Assembly: GCA_046563655.1 (NCBI GenBank)
Contig: CM102286.1
Coordinates: forward strand, 14,198,001 to 14,262,000
Source: Yuukianura sp. NJ FZ-2021
Lineage: Eukaryota
Reading direction: 5' to 3'
Length of the DNA stretch: 64,000 bases
The first letter of the stretch is position 1, and each line of letters opens with the position of its first letter. A program made the translations under genes and the position numbers. Shown here piece by piece: positions 52,290 to 64,000 of this stretch. The notes below the pieces were generated by a model that was given only the letters and a program-made list of their open reading frames with translations, was not told the DNA's origin and did not search any database.

Positions 52290-52777
52290 TTTGAAAAAAA
52301 TGAGGAGAAAAAACAGGAAATGAAATTTTTGCAAATGCGTGACCAGTTTTTGCACTTTCGCAAAAATGTGGAACCTTGTGAGCTAAAGTGTTGACGATGC
52401 TTTTCCTCTACGCCAGAGATAACTAATTTGTTGATTAATTGTGATTGAAAATTAGAACTTGTCAATTTTTTATCACCACTTCATGACAATTGAAATTTGT
52501 CTCGATTAAGCATTGTGATTCAATTTACTAATCAACCTTTTTTGAAATTTGAAATTTACGTCAAAGCATTGCATTTATAGAAAAAAATTCGCATTGCGTG
52601 TGAAAAAAGATTAGCAAAAAAGGGAGGAAATTGTTCAGCGGCGTGGAATTATTTTCTGCAATAATTCAGACAGAGTCTATGAATTAAAAATGATACAAAC
52701 AAAACTAAAATTTAAAAAAAATTGAAAAATTATGTAATCATAATTTTTTTTTCTAGAGAAAGTTTTAAAAAAAAAGA

Positions 52778-52897
52778 ATGCCAAGAGCACCCGGGGTTCC
52801 CAGGCGGTCACCCATCCAAGTACTAACCGGGCCCGACGTTGCTTAACTTCAGTGATCGGACGAGAACTGGTGCTTTCAACGTGGTATGGACCTTGGC
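52778..52897 (-). rRNA. 5S ribosomal RNA, single dispersed copy
   Basis: GCCAAGGTCCATACCACGTTGAAAGCACCAGTTCTCGTCCGATCACTGAAGTTAAGC...TTAGTACTTGGATGGGTGACCGCCTGGGAACCCCGGGTGCTCTTGGCAT, followed by an oligo-T Pol III terminator. Confidence 0.97.
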
Positions 52898-54923
52898 GAA
52901 AGTTCATGCATTTTAATTCACCCTTGTTATAAATCTGTACTAAAAAGTCCAAATAAAATGCAAATTGACCTTTGACCTTTCGTGCTTTTACGATTGCCAA
53001 AAAGTACAAAGGCAGTAAAAAATTCCCACGCGAATAACTTTTTTCCCGCTCATTTGCAGTCACAAGGCCTAACATTTTCTTTGTAACCCGTCCAATTTTA
53101 TTGACCTTGACCTTGACAAGGTGCTAAAAGCTCTAACAAAAACTTTGCAAAACTCGGACTCCGTTTCCCATTTCGAGTTCCACAATTTAGTAACAAAAGG
53201 AAACCAAGAATTTGTACATTGGGTACATATTCAAACAGGGTGCCAAAACCAACATACCGACTACAGTTTTCGGATCTTGTTTCAAATAAATTAGTCTAAA
53301 GAGCTTAAGGTCTTAATGTGACCAAGGCACGAGATGTGCCAGGAATTCGTTAATTCTCTACACATCTAGAACATTACAAAGGTTAAACATTATTTAATCC
53401 GTTTTGCTCCAGAAGTAGTTCAAGTGGGTGTGGCACTTTCACTTTAGACATTTCAGTACAGGATGAATGATTAGCCCAGTCCACACACACCATCGTCCAC
53501 AAGTTCCAGAGTGTCAAAATGTTAAACATGAATCTTAAAAGTACAAGTTCGGGCGTTTCCTTTTCAAAACTCTGAACATACTGTAAAAGTTTAATTCTCG
53601 AAAACGTTCGTGAAATGGTACTTTCGGTTTTGTGTTTTCTTTAGATTTCGGTGATAAATTGTAGGTAAGTAAAGAGCTTTCAAAGGTTGGAACTCGTTAG
53701 TTGCTGAAATTTAGTCTAAAAATCTGAAAAGCCCGAATTCCTGACCCCCCATTGCTGCCGCCGCGTGTCCCTGGAAAACTTTTTACCCGGGGAATTTTTA
53801 TGGCATAAGCAATCTGGCATCGCTCTGGCACAGACCTCGCTAAACCTCGTTCCCACCAATAATCTGCGAGACACAAGGTAGGCTAATGTTGTTTGATTAA
53901 TTAACGAATTAATTGACCCCTAAAAAGGTTGTAGTTTTAGTTAAAAACGTTTAAGAAAAGGAAGAAAACGTTTTTTGGTTAAAGTGAAAGCGGGAAACTT
54001 TCTCTTTGGGTGAAAATTTGAAACGGGGAGCGGGAATTTTCTTAAGTGGATTGAGAGTTTTTCACTTTTTTTTCACACCTTCGCTGTAAAAAGCTTTTCT
54101 GGATAGTGTTTTGTTAGGACTAGGAGTACATTGTGTAGTATGTAGTTAGTTGAAGAATTAGCATAAGTTAACTTTAATTGATAATTAAACTTCCTCGTTC
54201 CTCCTTCCCCGTTCCCCTTTCATTTTTACGACTTATTATCTAGATAGAAGATATAAGTTTCAAGTAACCATATGGTTATAAGCAGTAGTTTTATGATGGA
54301 ATTGTGGTTATGGTTTAGCTAGTCATCATGACACTTCTTTCACCATTGTTTTGCGTAGTACGACTCCGTCAAGGTTGAGCAACTCACGATCCGATTACAT
54401 TCAGGGATCACGGAACCTGGAGGCACTGCACGACACGGCCAGCGAAGACCGGTTTGGACGATTGACCAGGTTGAGGTAAAGGTCATCTTCATTTTAATTA
54501 AGTTGTTAAGTATTAAGTTCCTAAAAGTACTATAATTAGGATCGTGCGTATGCCACATGAGTGGGTGTAATTCAATGGTAATTAGGACAAGGGGGTTTAC
54601 CATGTCATATTATTGAAATGAGGTCTGTGTTAAATTCCTAATTTGATGATTGTTTCTTTTTTTTATGTTCTTGCTGGTGGAACGTTCGGCTGACAGACTG
54701 CCATTCACGTTCGTTGGATTTGGAAGACTTCCAGAGGTCCGTCCTGCTTGATGTATCGGTATTCGTGGGGATTACTTGCAGTTTAGGAGTTGGAGGATTG
54801 TTTAATAAGACCGTCCTTTATTCACGGGTGAAATACGTAAACGGATCTGGCCATACTTGATCTCATCTCTTGTCTACTCTTTGGAGTCTGTACTGATTCC
54901 GACCACAGAAAAACGTTAGGATA

Positions 54924-57626
54924 ATGCTTGTAAACGTATTAGTTCAAAGTGATCTCTCAGCACCAGCCAATGGCTACCTCCAAGTTACTATTGACAGTGG
55001 TCTCCCCGTTGGCGACTTGATTACGAAGTTCTGCGAGGCAAAGGTACATGATCAATTAACGTGATTAACTAAATTGTTCAACTGACCAAATGTGAATCTT
55101 CTTATTTGTATCTTGCAGAGTATCGAAGAACGTTCGCAGTACTGCCTTCTGAACAACCAGAATCACGTTTTGGATGCAAAGAAACCAATTTCTCACTATG
55201 GACTTCAAAGTGGAGACAAAGTTATCTTTTGCTCAGGTCAGTTCAGAAATTTCGATAAAATCGTCACCATACTTGCCAAGTATTTACCTTTTTTTTACTT
55301 CCAGTGAATGAACAGCCACAACAGTTCCAGAGTTGGGGATTGGTTGCTGTCATCGCCGTAGTTTTCTCAGTGATTGGTTTCATTGTCTGTCTCGGTATTC
55401 ACTTGGGATTGGTCACTGTACCTGACAGCGTAACGACTTAATATTTATGTCACAATTCATGTCACCTTCCTGGATTGTATAATGACTTCCTTTATTTTTA
55501 GTACGCACTCGTCCTTGACGCTGGATCTACGCATACATCAGTCATACTCTACAGATGGCCTGGAAACAAAGTCAACAATACCGGAATTGTTGTCCAAGAA
55601 GACTCATGTGGAATCAAACAAGGTACTGCCTAATTTTTTGACTTTTGCTTTTACATTACTCCCATCTGGATCCTGTATGTCACCGTTCATGTCATAATCA
55701 TTCACTTTCAGGAGGAATTGCCGAGTTACACAGTGCCTCTGATGTGCCAGCCTACTTAGGTCCTTGTGTAAATAGACTCAGAGGGAGCATTCCGCCGGAA
55801 TCTTTGGATCATGCCGAAATATTTTTCGGTGCCACTGCTGGCATGAGAGTTCTCGAGTAAACAATTCATAAAAAAACACAAAATGAAGCTAACATTGTGC
55901 TAAAAGCTAACAACTAATGGTATCTTTGATTTTAGGGAACTAAATGAGAAATTGGCTGATGAAATACTGATTCAAACCAGAAAGACACTTCATGACACTG
56001 GCCTTAAGTTTACGGAATCCAAAGCTGAAATTTTGACTGGCAGTACTGAAGGAGCTTGTGGCTGGTTAACAGTCAACTACCTCAACAATAACCTCCAAAC
56101 TCGAGTTAGTTTAATTTTAAATAATTGAAATTAATTGAATAATTTGTAACTCAATTTGCAATTTATAGGCTGAACCATGGGGTGCACTGGATCTGGGCGG
56201 AGCTTCGACACAAATTTCATTCGAGCTGAAAGAAACTGACATTCTGCCACAAAATGAGTCGCTTGTTGCCAACTTCCAAGTTTATGGAAGAGAAGTGAAA
56301 GTTTTTAGTAAAAGCTTTCTTTGTTACGGCCTTGTCCAAGCAACCATAAGATACCGAGCTTATCTCATCTTGGTAAAATCAGTCAACACTTTTTTGACAA
56401 CCATTTTTTCATTTCTAGTTTTTCAAAATTTTATAAAATTTTTAGGAAGCGGCGAGTAAAAACCTTCCAAATGGACACAACATTACTAGTCCATGCGAAC
56501 CGGCTGGATACTCACTGGATTCCGACATCAAAAGCATTTTCAGTTCACCTTGCTCTCCGCGGATACCAGTGGAAAATCAAACAGTGAGAATGAAAATTTG
56601 AAAAGATTATAAGAATTGCAAAGCTTTTGTGCTTTAAAAAAAAACGAAATATTTATGATGTGGTTTTTAGATGAGTGTAAATGACAACGTAACGTTTGTG
56701 GGAAGCAGTAATTGGGAGGAGTGTCAGTCAACAATGCGCTACATTCTGAGTGAAACGTTTTGTGAAAAATATAATTTACAAGAATGCGTTTCCATCAAAG
56801 AAATTCCGATAGGATTTCAACAACAACATTTCATGGTACTTTAAAAAAAAATTCTGCTTTCCAAAATATTTTTTTTTAAAAAGTTTTTTGGTTCCAGGGA
56901 TTTTCAGCGTTTGGTTACACTGATCAGTCGATTGGGCTAGGGAAGAATGGAACTCATGAAAATTATTTAGCAAAAATTAAAAATATTTGTACGAGGGATT
57001 TGGTCCAACTCTTCACCGAGTACTGTCAGACGAAGGATCGCTCTAGTAAGTTTTTACCATTTCATTTTCGAATAGTTCAAAACGCTTGTTCAAAAAGTTG
57101 AAAAAAGCTTTTGTTTTTCAAAAATATTGAGCGTAACCAACCAATTAGTTACTACATTGTATATGAAGTAGCGGATTTACACTTTGGCATTAGTATTTAA
57201 TATGATTTGAATTTTTCAGAGCCTCCGCCAAGGAGTGTACAGCAGTTGTGCTTTCGCTCGACGTACTTGTTCACTCTCCTTTCAGATATTTACGAATTCA
57301 ACACTGAGGAACGATGGGCCAATCTTCAGTTTGGAACAAAGGTAGAAACATCAACTTTAAAATTTTGAAAATAACTTTTATAATATTGATGAATTTGTTT
57401 TCAGATCAAAGAAAAAGATCTGGGCTGGGCACTTGGTTTCATGGTGAACGAAACGCAGTCAATCGCTGCCCCTCCTTCACGTTACGGCATGAATACGCTC
57501 GTTTTCGTTTTACTTGTGATTCTCTTCTCCATTTTCTTCTTCATCTCCGCTGGCTTTGTTTTCCATGCTCTCAAATCCAGAAAGCCACTCAATCGTACTT
57601 ACAGTAGCTTAGGTCTTTCTGCTTAA
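54924..57626 (+). CDS. Ectonucleoside triphosphate diphosphohydrolase (CD39/NTPDase, GDA1 family) with two TM helices and an N-terminal ubiquitin-like segment
   Basis: All five apyrase conserved regions: VLDAGSTHT, GATAGMR, GSTEGACGWLTVNY, ALDLGGASTQ, LGWALG; N- and C-terminal TM helices. The 5' end is uncertain (candidate upstream exons ending 53877 and at 54359-54475). Confidence 0.9.
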
Positions 57627-58407
57627 AAGTATTTTCACAAAGTATTTTCCTTAACTAAAATAGTTACTCCCTGCATTGTTCAATATGTCATTGTGATAAC
57701 TCCAACATTTCTGTCCTCTGCTACACAAAACTAGGAACTCTGTTAATTTAACTACTTTGTGTCTAAAACACTTTGCAATTTGCAATTTTCAGTATGATAT
57801 GCATGAGTGTTTTGCAAAAATTGCAAGAAATGTTGCAATTTTGTGGTGTAAGTGTTGCACATGCACACTTTTGAACTATGGACACAAATTGTTGTGATTG
57901 TTAACTTTTGAACCTGAATTTTTTTTATCTCTCAGAAATCTCAAGTTCGTCTGCATAGTCGTGATAGATCTGTACTTCAAATTGCAATTATTTAGCAACT
58001 CTAATTACTACTTGAATTTCGAAAAAACGGTAGGATAGTGTGTTAAAAATTCAAAATTTTGCAAATTTTTGGCACTATTTGCAGAAATTTAGCAGTCAGC
58101 AACGCCGTGGCTTTCAACCTCTGGAAATAAAAATGCGGTGCTTACTTTCCATTTTTTTTTTCAAAATGGAAATAATTTTTATTAAACTTTTCATGTTTAG
58201 AGCAAAAAAATGCTTTACAGTCGTCCTTTTAAGTTTAAGTTTGTGTACTTATGTTCTAAATAACTTAATTTTTTTTTTAAAACTTTTGTTCAAACACTGA
58301 ACAAAGTTGTACCCTGAATGGAAGCTACCTAATTCTAGTTGACTTTGAGAAACAATTCATTAGATCCAAAGTCCAAAGTAAGACAAAATTTCAAAAAACT
58401 AAAATTT

Positions 58408-60198
58408 TCAGGATTGTTTTGATTTTTCTGAAAATGGGTTCGGTGTTGTTCTGCTCATTTGTTCCAGTGCTCCTGTGAAAAAGTCCATCGCTGGCAGCGG
58501 TTCATTAGGATCAATGTTAAATTCTTTCAGCGTCTCTTCAAACACTTTTTCCAAATGGTGCAACTTGGAGTGACAAACGGCTGGAAAGAGGTGGTGCAGC
58601 GTATGGTCGCCAAATGTCGTCAGGATCACAAACAGCGACTGGTGGATGTCGCCAGCCTTTTCCCTCACTGCATCAAGTTGACATAGACCAAAATCTGGAT
58701 CTGGACGGGCTTCGTCACCATCGTGGAAGCAAACTGGATGGTGATGTGCTGCGTTCATGCCAATCAGAACGAACCAATAGGAAGCCACGGTGTGAATGAT
58801 CAACCAAGATTTGACCCCGAGCTGTAAGGTCAAACAAAAATTTTTTTAAAAAGTCCAAAATTTCAAAAGTTCAGCCTTCTTTGGCTTCAATTTTTCATAA
58901 TTTTGTTGTTGTTTTTTCAGCTTACCCAAATGCTTGGACTCATTGCGATGAAAAGAAAAAGTTCAGCAAAAACGATCAAATTTTCGGGGCGGAGTTCCTG
59001 TTGTTTTTTCCAAATTTTGATCATTCTGGCTACGAGGACGTTGAAAAACATAACTGCATAGAGCGGATGTGAGTAAATGTAGGGTCCGTACCGTTGAAAC
59101 CAACTTTTCTTGTCGTTGACCAAAAAATTGAAATGTGGTTCAAGCATTTGTACTTCATAGTCCTAAGATTCAAAAAAAAAATACAAAATTTTGAACTCTG
59201 TTTCCCAGAAATTTTGAAAAATTTGACAATTTTGGGAAGGTTTTCTAAGTTTTTCTAACCAGAATCGTGTTTGGAAAGTTATGGTGGCTGAGAACATGTG
59301 AAATCCGCCATTCAAAAGACGAAACCATCGTTAAATCCCAATAGAATCTTCGCCAAGTATCTCTGACATGGAAAAAGTTGTGTGCTGCGTTAACACACAG
59401 CGCAAGTGCAAATCCAGCCAAGAACATCAGCACGACCGAATGGAAGTAAACGGCTGAAAGGCTCAAGAGAATCACGGCTGCCGCAACGCCGTCTTGCATC
59501 AACAGAATTTTACGAGTCGATCCTGATCCAACTTCCTAAAAAATTTTAAAATTTCGAAATTTGAAATCTTGAAATCTGAAATTTTGAATGTGAAACGCCT
59601 TACCTTCAGAATCGGTTCTGCCTTGCGTTTCAAAGTTTTGTAAAATCCGTTTTCATGAAAAGTGTACGGCGCATTCCTACGAGTTGTGGCTTCGCAAACA
59701 TAATATTTTGCAAGTATGGATTCGACTTCTTGGATTTTTACGACATGCGACACTTCAAATGCTTCGGTGACGTCAGTTCCACGCGACACTGCAATCCAGT
59801 CACGCCCACCAGGATGTCTGTCAATGAAATCCGTGAGGTCGTACAACTTGTCATGAACGCGCCAGTACTTTTCTCCAATGTCGTCAGTTTTCCGTTTTCC
59901 TAGTTTAAAAAAAAAGAATTTTCAGAATTTCCAGGATTTTTTAGAATTTTGAATTTTCACAAATTTTAGAATTTGGAAGTAAAAACTTACCTTCCAGCCA
60001 TTGAATGGCGCTTTGATTTGGTTTGTCTCTTCCTTCCAGTTGTTTCCAAACGTTTGGAAAGCTAGATGGCGCTGGAAGCGATGCTTGCGCTGTAGTTGTG
60101 CCTGGAAAATGAAGTTGTTCCGTTTTAGTATTGGAGGCAGAGATACTTTCAACTCCTAAAGTTATGTCAACAGGCGGTTCCGGAAATTGTGGCGGCAT
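58408..60198 (-). CDS. Cyt-b5-r: Cytochrome b5-related protein (cyt-b5 domain plus desaturase-like His boxes)
   Basis: WLEGKRKTD...WRVHDKLYDLTDFIDRHPGG..W...GTDVTEAFE..H, AAHNFFH, WRISHVLSHH, NAAHHHP, FGDHTLHHLFP. Confidence 0.92.
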
Positions 60199-60521
60199 TT
60201 TCAAAAAAATACGTAGAAAATGATACGATTGCTTCGGCTTTTGTCTATGAATTGTCTTTGTGAACAAATTGTTTCAAATTAATTTTCGAATTAGGAAGCA
60301 GTTGAAACTGCACTGCAAAAGTAACGTATGAGGAATCTGTTTGAGCTTTTTATGCAAAAATTTAGCATTAGCGAAGCGGATTAGGTGTGTGTGAAAATTT
60401 TTGGACGTGGGATTCTGAGTGACCTTTGCTTATCCATGGAACGTATGGACGCGGCAGAAAAAACGTCACAAGCGCCTGGCAACAAAATCCAAAGTACCAA
60501 GCCAAAAATCCAACTACCAAA

Positions 60522-60956
60522 CAGGGTTAGGAAATGGAAGTTTTGTTTTTCGAGAAAAAAAAACCGGTATTATACCAAACGTCGGTATAATACCGGGGTT
60601 TTTGGTATAATACCTAATGGAACTCAGAAGTTCAGAAAATTCGACAAAAGCGCTAGTATTTGATTCTGTACTACCATTATTTATCTCCAATCTGCGCCTA
60701 AGTAATTAAAAAGCACAAAAACATTCAAATAACTCTTCAGAATGTCAACTCCGAATTTGAAAAGTTTGAAGAAATGTGAAAACGGTAATTCTAGCCTCCG
60801 CTCTGTGAAAAACGTTGAAATCATGGGCATTATATGGGTTTGACGGGGACAAAAACACATTTCTCCTATGTGAATTTTTCACTGATTTAAAAAGATGTAT
60901 AATACCATGAATAATACCACAAGGTATTATTCGTATAATACCGACTTCAAACCCTG
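60522..60956. mobile_element. hAT-like MITE upstream of Cyt-b5-r
   Basis: Termini CAGGGTT...AACCCTG, subterminal ggtattatacc/ataatacc repeats at both ends, 8-bp flanks ctaccaaa/gtgccaaa (6/8). Confidence 0.65.
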
Positions 60957-61227
60957 GTGCCAAATCAATTCATTTGCAAATTTTTAGTCTAAAAACCACG
61001 CCTCTGAGTTGTGATTGGACAAGGCGGAAGGTGTAAACGAAACGTTGGAAAATCAAGTGCACTTGAATTCAAGTTTATCACATTGTTCCATTTTCTGTGA
61101 TGGCGTGATATGTGACGAGTTTGAAGTGTTATTCAAAAGTGTTTCTAATTCGAGTTCGATTTTGTCATTTACACGTGTTAACATTTTTGCACTCAACACT
61201 TCATTTTTCAAAAATGAAATCATTTGA

Positions 61228-61577
61228 TTTATTAAGTAGAGATGCTTTGCTACTTTATGATTTAACCTTGTCTGTCTGTCTCTCTGTCCGTCCGTCCGTC
61301 TGTCAGCTACGCATTATCTGAAAATCTTCTTAAAAAAAAAACTTTCAAAATTTCATGTGAACGCCGGGTGACCCGGGGGGTGTTCACGATTGAATATCAT
61401 CCCCCATGGGTCAAATCCTTCCAGGTCAAAGGTCAACTATTTTCTATCAACGTATACAACTATATACACGATTGTTCATCATAGTAGTATTCTGTTGTTA
61501 GGAGTTGTTTGTTAATATAACGTCATCTCTTCCTTCGCTACTTTCGTACATTCCAGTTTACGACTGGATTTATTGGT
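61228..61577 (+). mobile_element. DINE-1/HINE-like non-autonomous Helentron element
   Basis: 5' aagtag with inverted gctacttt at ~61249 and again at ~61537, (GTCY)n microsatellite 61270-61303, 3' hairpin tccagt-ttacg-actgga, T-rich flanks. Confidence 0.7.
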
Positions 61578-62720
61578 AAATGTTTTACGTTGAGGTAGCA
61601 AAATATTCACTCGTTTCTGGACAAACGTTTTAGATTAATGTAAACTTAAGGAATCAAAATTTAGTAGCCTCAGTAAATTTCGCACTACGTGACCTCATAC
61701 GATAACATATAATTATAGTATAATTTATATAACTTAACACTTGTTAGATTAGATAACCTGACAACTACGAACGTTAGACTGTAACCTTGAACGATGTTGG
61801 TGCCTACGTTGAACATAAAAATTTAAAACGCATTTGAACCATTGTTTTTCTCAAAAATTGTCACGTAGTTTCAGTTTTTCCAGTTGACAAGTTCTGTAAA
61901 CAAAATTTTTGTGAAACTGCGTCGATATTTTTTCCACATTGTCGTATTTTTCCATGAAATTTCCGCATTCCGTCATAGCATTTCCGTTTGTACTAATTTT
62001 TTATCAAAAGTTATTTCTAATCTCACTTGAAACGATAACATTATTAATTAATCTTAATCCGATTACTTTGAAGCACCGGGATTCTCTCTAATCGTTTTGG
62101 ATTTTCCAAGGTGATACAGATTTACGCCTCTTCTTGATAAATTCAAAAAATAGGTGTGGCAATTTGATATTTTTTTTGGAAACTTTATTTTTGATAAGTT
62201 TAATTGATTTATTACTAATCCAATGATTACGTGATTTGACTCACAGGATTCAATCATCCAGGATGATTTTGATAGCTGAATTTGATCACGGTCGCACTAA
62301 AACGAAATTTTTTGGGAAAAAAATGATAATTTTGATTTTTTTTTGTATGTAATGAAATTTTTATGATTGTAGCTTCAGTATGTCTTAATTGTAGGTTAAC
62401 CTGTTTTATGATCTCATTGACTGACACTTCTCGTAAGGAAGTAGATTGCTGCCAACACAAATTTAAACGGATCACGCCAAACTAAAATTTATTGCAACTA
62501 AAATCAAAGTCATAAAAAATTTGATTTTGGCAAGGAGTTATGCGTTGCATTTTTAGTTTGATTTGCAACTCATAAATCAATTTTAGTTTTCTGTTCTGTA
62601 AGTTTGATGATAGAAAATTAAGATAAAATTTAAGGATTTGAATTACATAGAATTATTATAAATCAAGTTTGGATGAAGGCGGAGAAACAGAAGTCGATTT
62701 CAAATTGTCTAAAACACTCC

Positions 62721-63077
62721 GGCAGCCCGCCATTTCTCCGAATGAAATTCGCCGAAGCGAATTCCTCCGAATGAATCGCAACGACATCATTTGCTCCAAA
62801 AACTAAATTCCTCTTACAGAAAAGTTAGGTTACTTCGTTTGACCCAAAATTAAATAAACTTACATTAATGTGCTTAACGTCACGTAGGCTGAGTTACGAA
62901 TCATCAATTTATGTTTTGTTAAGCTAACAATCATGAGACTAACGCTTGGCTGAATTATCTCACAAGGTTATGCTAGATTAGTGTACACCAATCTCACTTT
63001 CGGAGAATTGGTTTCATAGCATTTCCGTCGAAGGAATATGTTTCGGAGTAATTCATTCGAAAGAATGACATGGAACC
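62721..63077. mobile_element. Mutator-like MITE
   Basis: Inverted arms of ~15-bp ccgaa/ttcgg subrepeats; right end catggaacc resembles catggaatc of the 42066 element; flanks aacactcc/aaaactcc; internal gttaggtta. Confidence 0.65.
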
Positions 63078-64000
63078 AAAACTCCAAAGTCAGGATTCGT
63101 TTAACAAGGATCAAGTAGAAGTTCGGGACTTTCGGATTTAGTTGTAATCTCCACTTTGAATACAATTTCAAAAGAATCCGATTTCAATTGTATTCTAAAT
63201 GTACAATTTATCTTGTTTTTTGCTTCAATCGGATCTTGAAAATGGAATAATTTCAAAGTGTTTAATTTTTTTTTAAACTTTATTAATGCATATGTTCTAT
63301 TCTTTGAATTCTATAAATATACTTTGCATGTTAATTTTAAGTACTCGAGGTCAAGTCTGTCTAAATAAATTTTTATATCATTGACCTTAAAACATCATTT
63401 GCACAGTTAGTTCATCTGCACTTTTCCTAATCAGGCTCCAGTCATACTCAACTTTTACACATGCAGTACTTAAAATCCATGCAATTCAACCAATGTGCTT
63501 AACAATTGTGCAGTTTCACAAATGTGCTTAAAAGCAGTGCAATTTTCTAACTTTCAAAAATAACCGCTGCACTGCAACTGCCTGCATACATTGATGCTAA
63601 ACTTTTTTTTTGATGATTGAAATTGCAATTGTCAAAAACTGAAAATTTCAATTTTTTTTCTTTTGAATTCTGCGAGTCCTCTTCCTCCGTGTTCTTTTTT
63701 CTCAAGAAAAGTAGTTTTTAATTACTCTCCCACCATGAACGCCCACTTTAAATCAAGTTGTAATTTAATTGCAAATTGTGTTACTCCCATTGTTAGATTG
63801 TTCTTGTCCAACACAGTTTTTCACCATTGTTTCAATTAATTAAGAAGATTTAGCTGAGACAGTAGCAAAATCAAAGTGTCTCTCTGATTCACATCTAAAT
63901 GACTTCCACTACCTTCCATTGTTTTTATTCCAAAAAAAAATGTGTAGGTCAAAGGTCACGTGACCTCTGAATTCACCACTTTTGAGCAAAACCGTTGCTG

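Noticed and set aside
52677..53075. 132-aa ORF
   Set aside because: Reads through the 5S rRNA gene; spurious.

Overview
Eukaryotic (animal) genomic DNA, AT-rich, with short (~60-120 nt) introns; gene content points to a compact arthropod genome (a springtail is plausible but cannot be shown from sequence alone). Gene models were built by hand from the ORF track plus splice signals. Left to right: ~8 kb noncoding 5' region and the prospero gene; two tandem SLC5 sodium/solute symporters with a small secreted Cys/Trp-rich gene between them; two tandem SLC35G1-like transporters; CALML4; a degenerate copy of the ELP3 3' end; ELP3; a frameshifted FMRFamide-receptor-like GPCR; three members of an unrecognised ~85-120 aa helical protein family; a 910-aa uncharacterised protein; a secreted Cys-containing protein; an aminergic-like GPCR lacking Asp3.32; a Ly6/quiver-like gene; a solo 5S rRNA; an NTPDase with an apparent N-terminal ubiquitin-like domain; a cytochrome-b5-related protein; and several MITEs (hAT-like, Mutator/Foldback-like, DINE-1/Helentron-like). 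The strongest unexplained signal is the 13-mer AGGTCAAAGGTCA (a nuclear-receptor DR1), found exactly 12 times across the window in introns, intergenic DNA and coding exons, together with 7 perfect AGGTCAnTGACCT palindromes. A 100-N assembly gap lies at 12350-12449.
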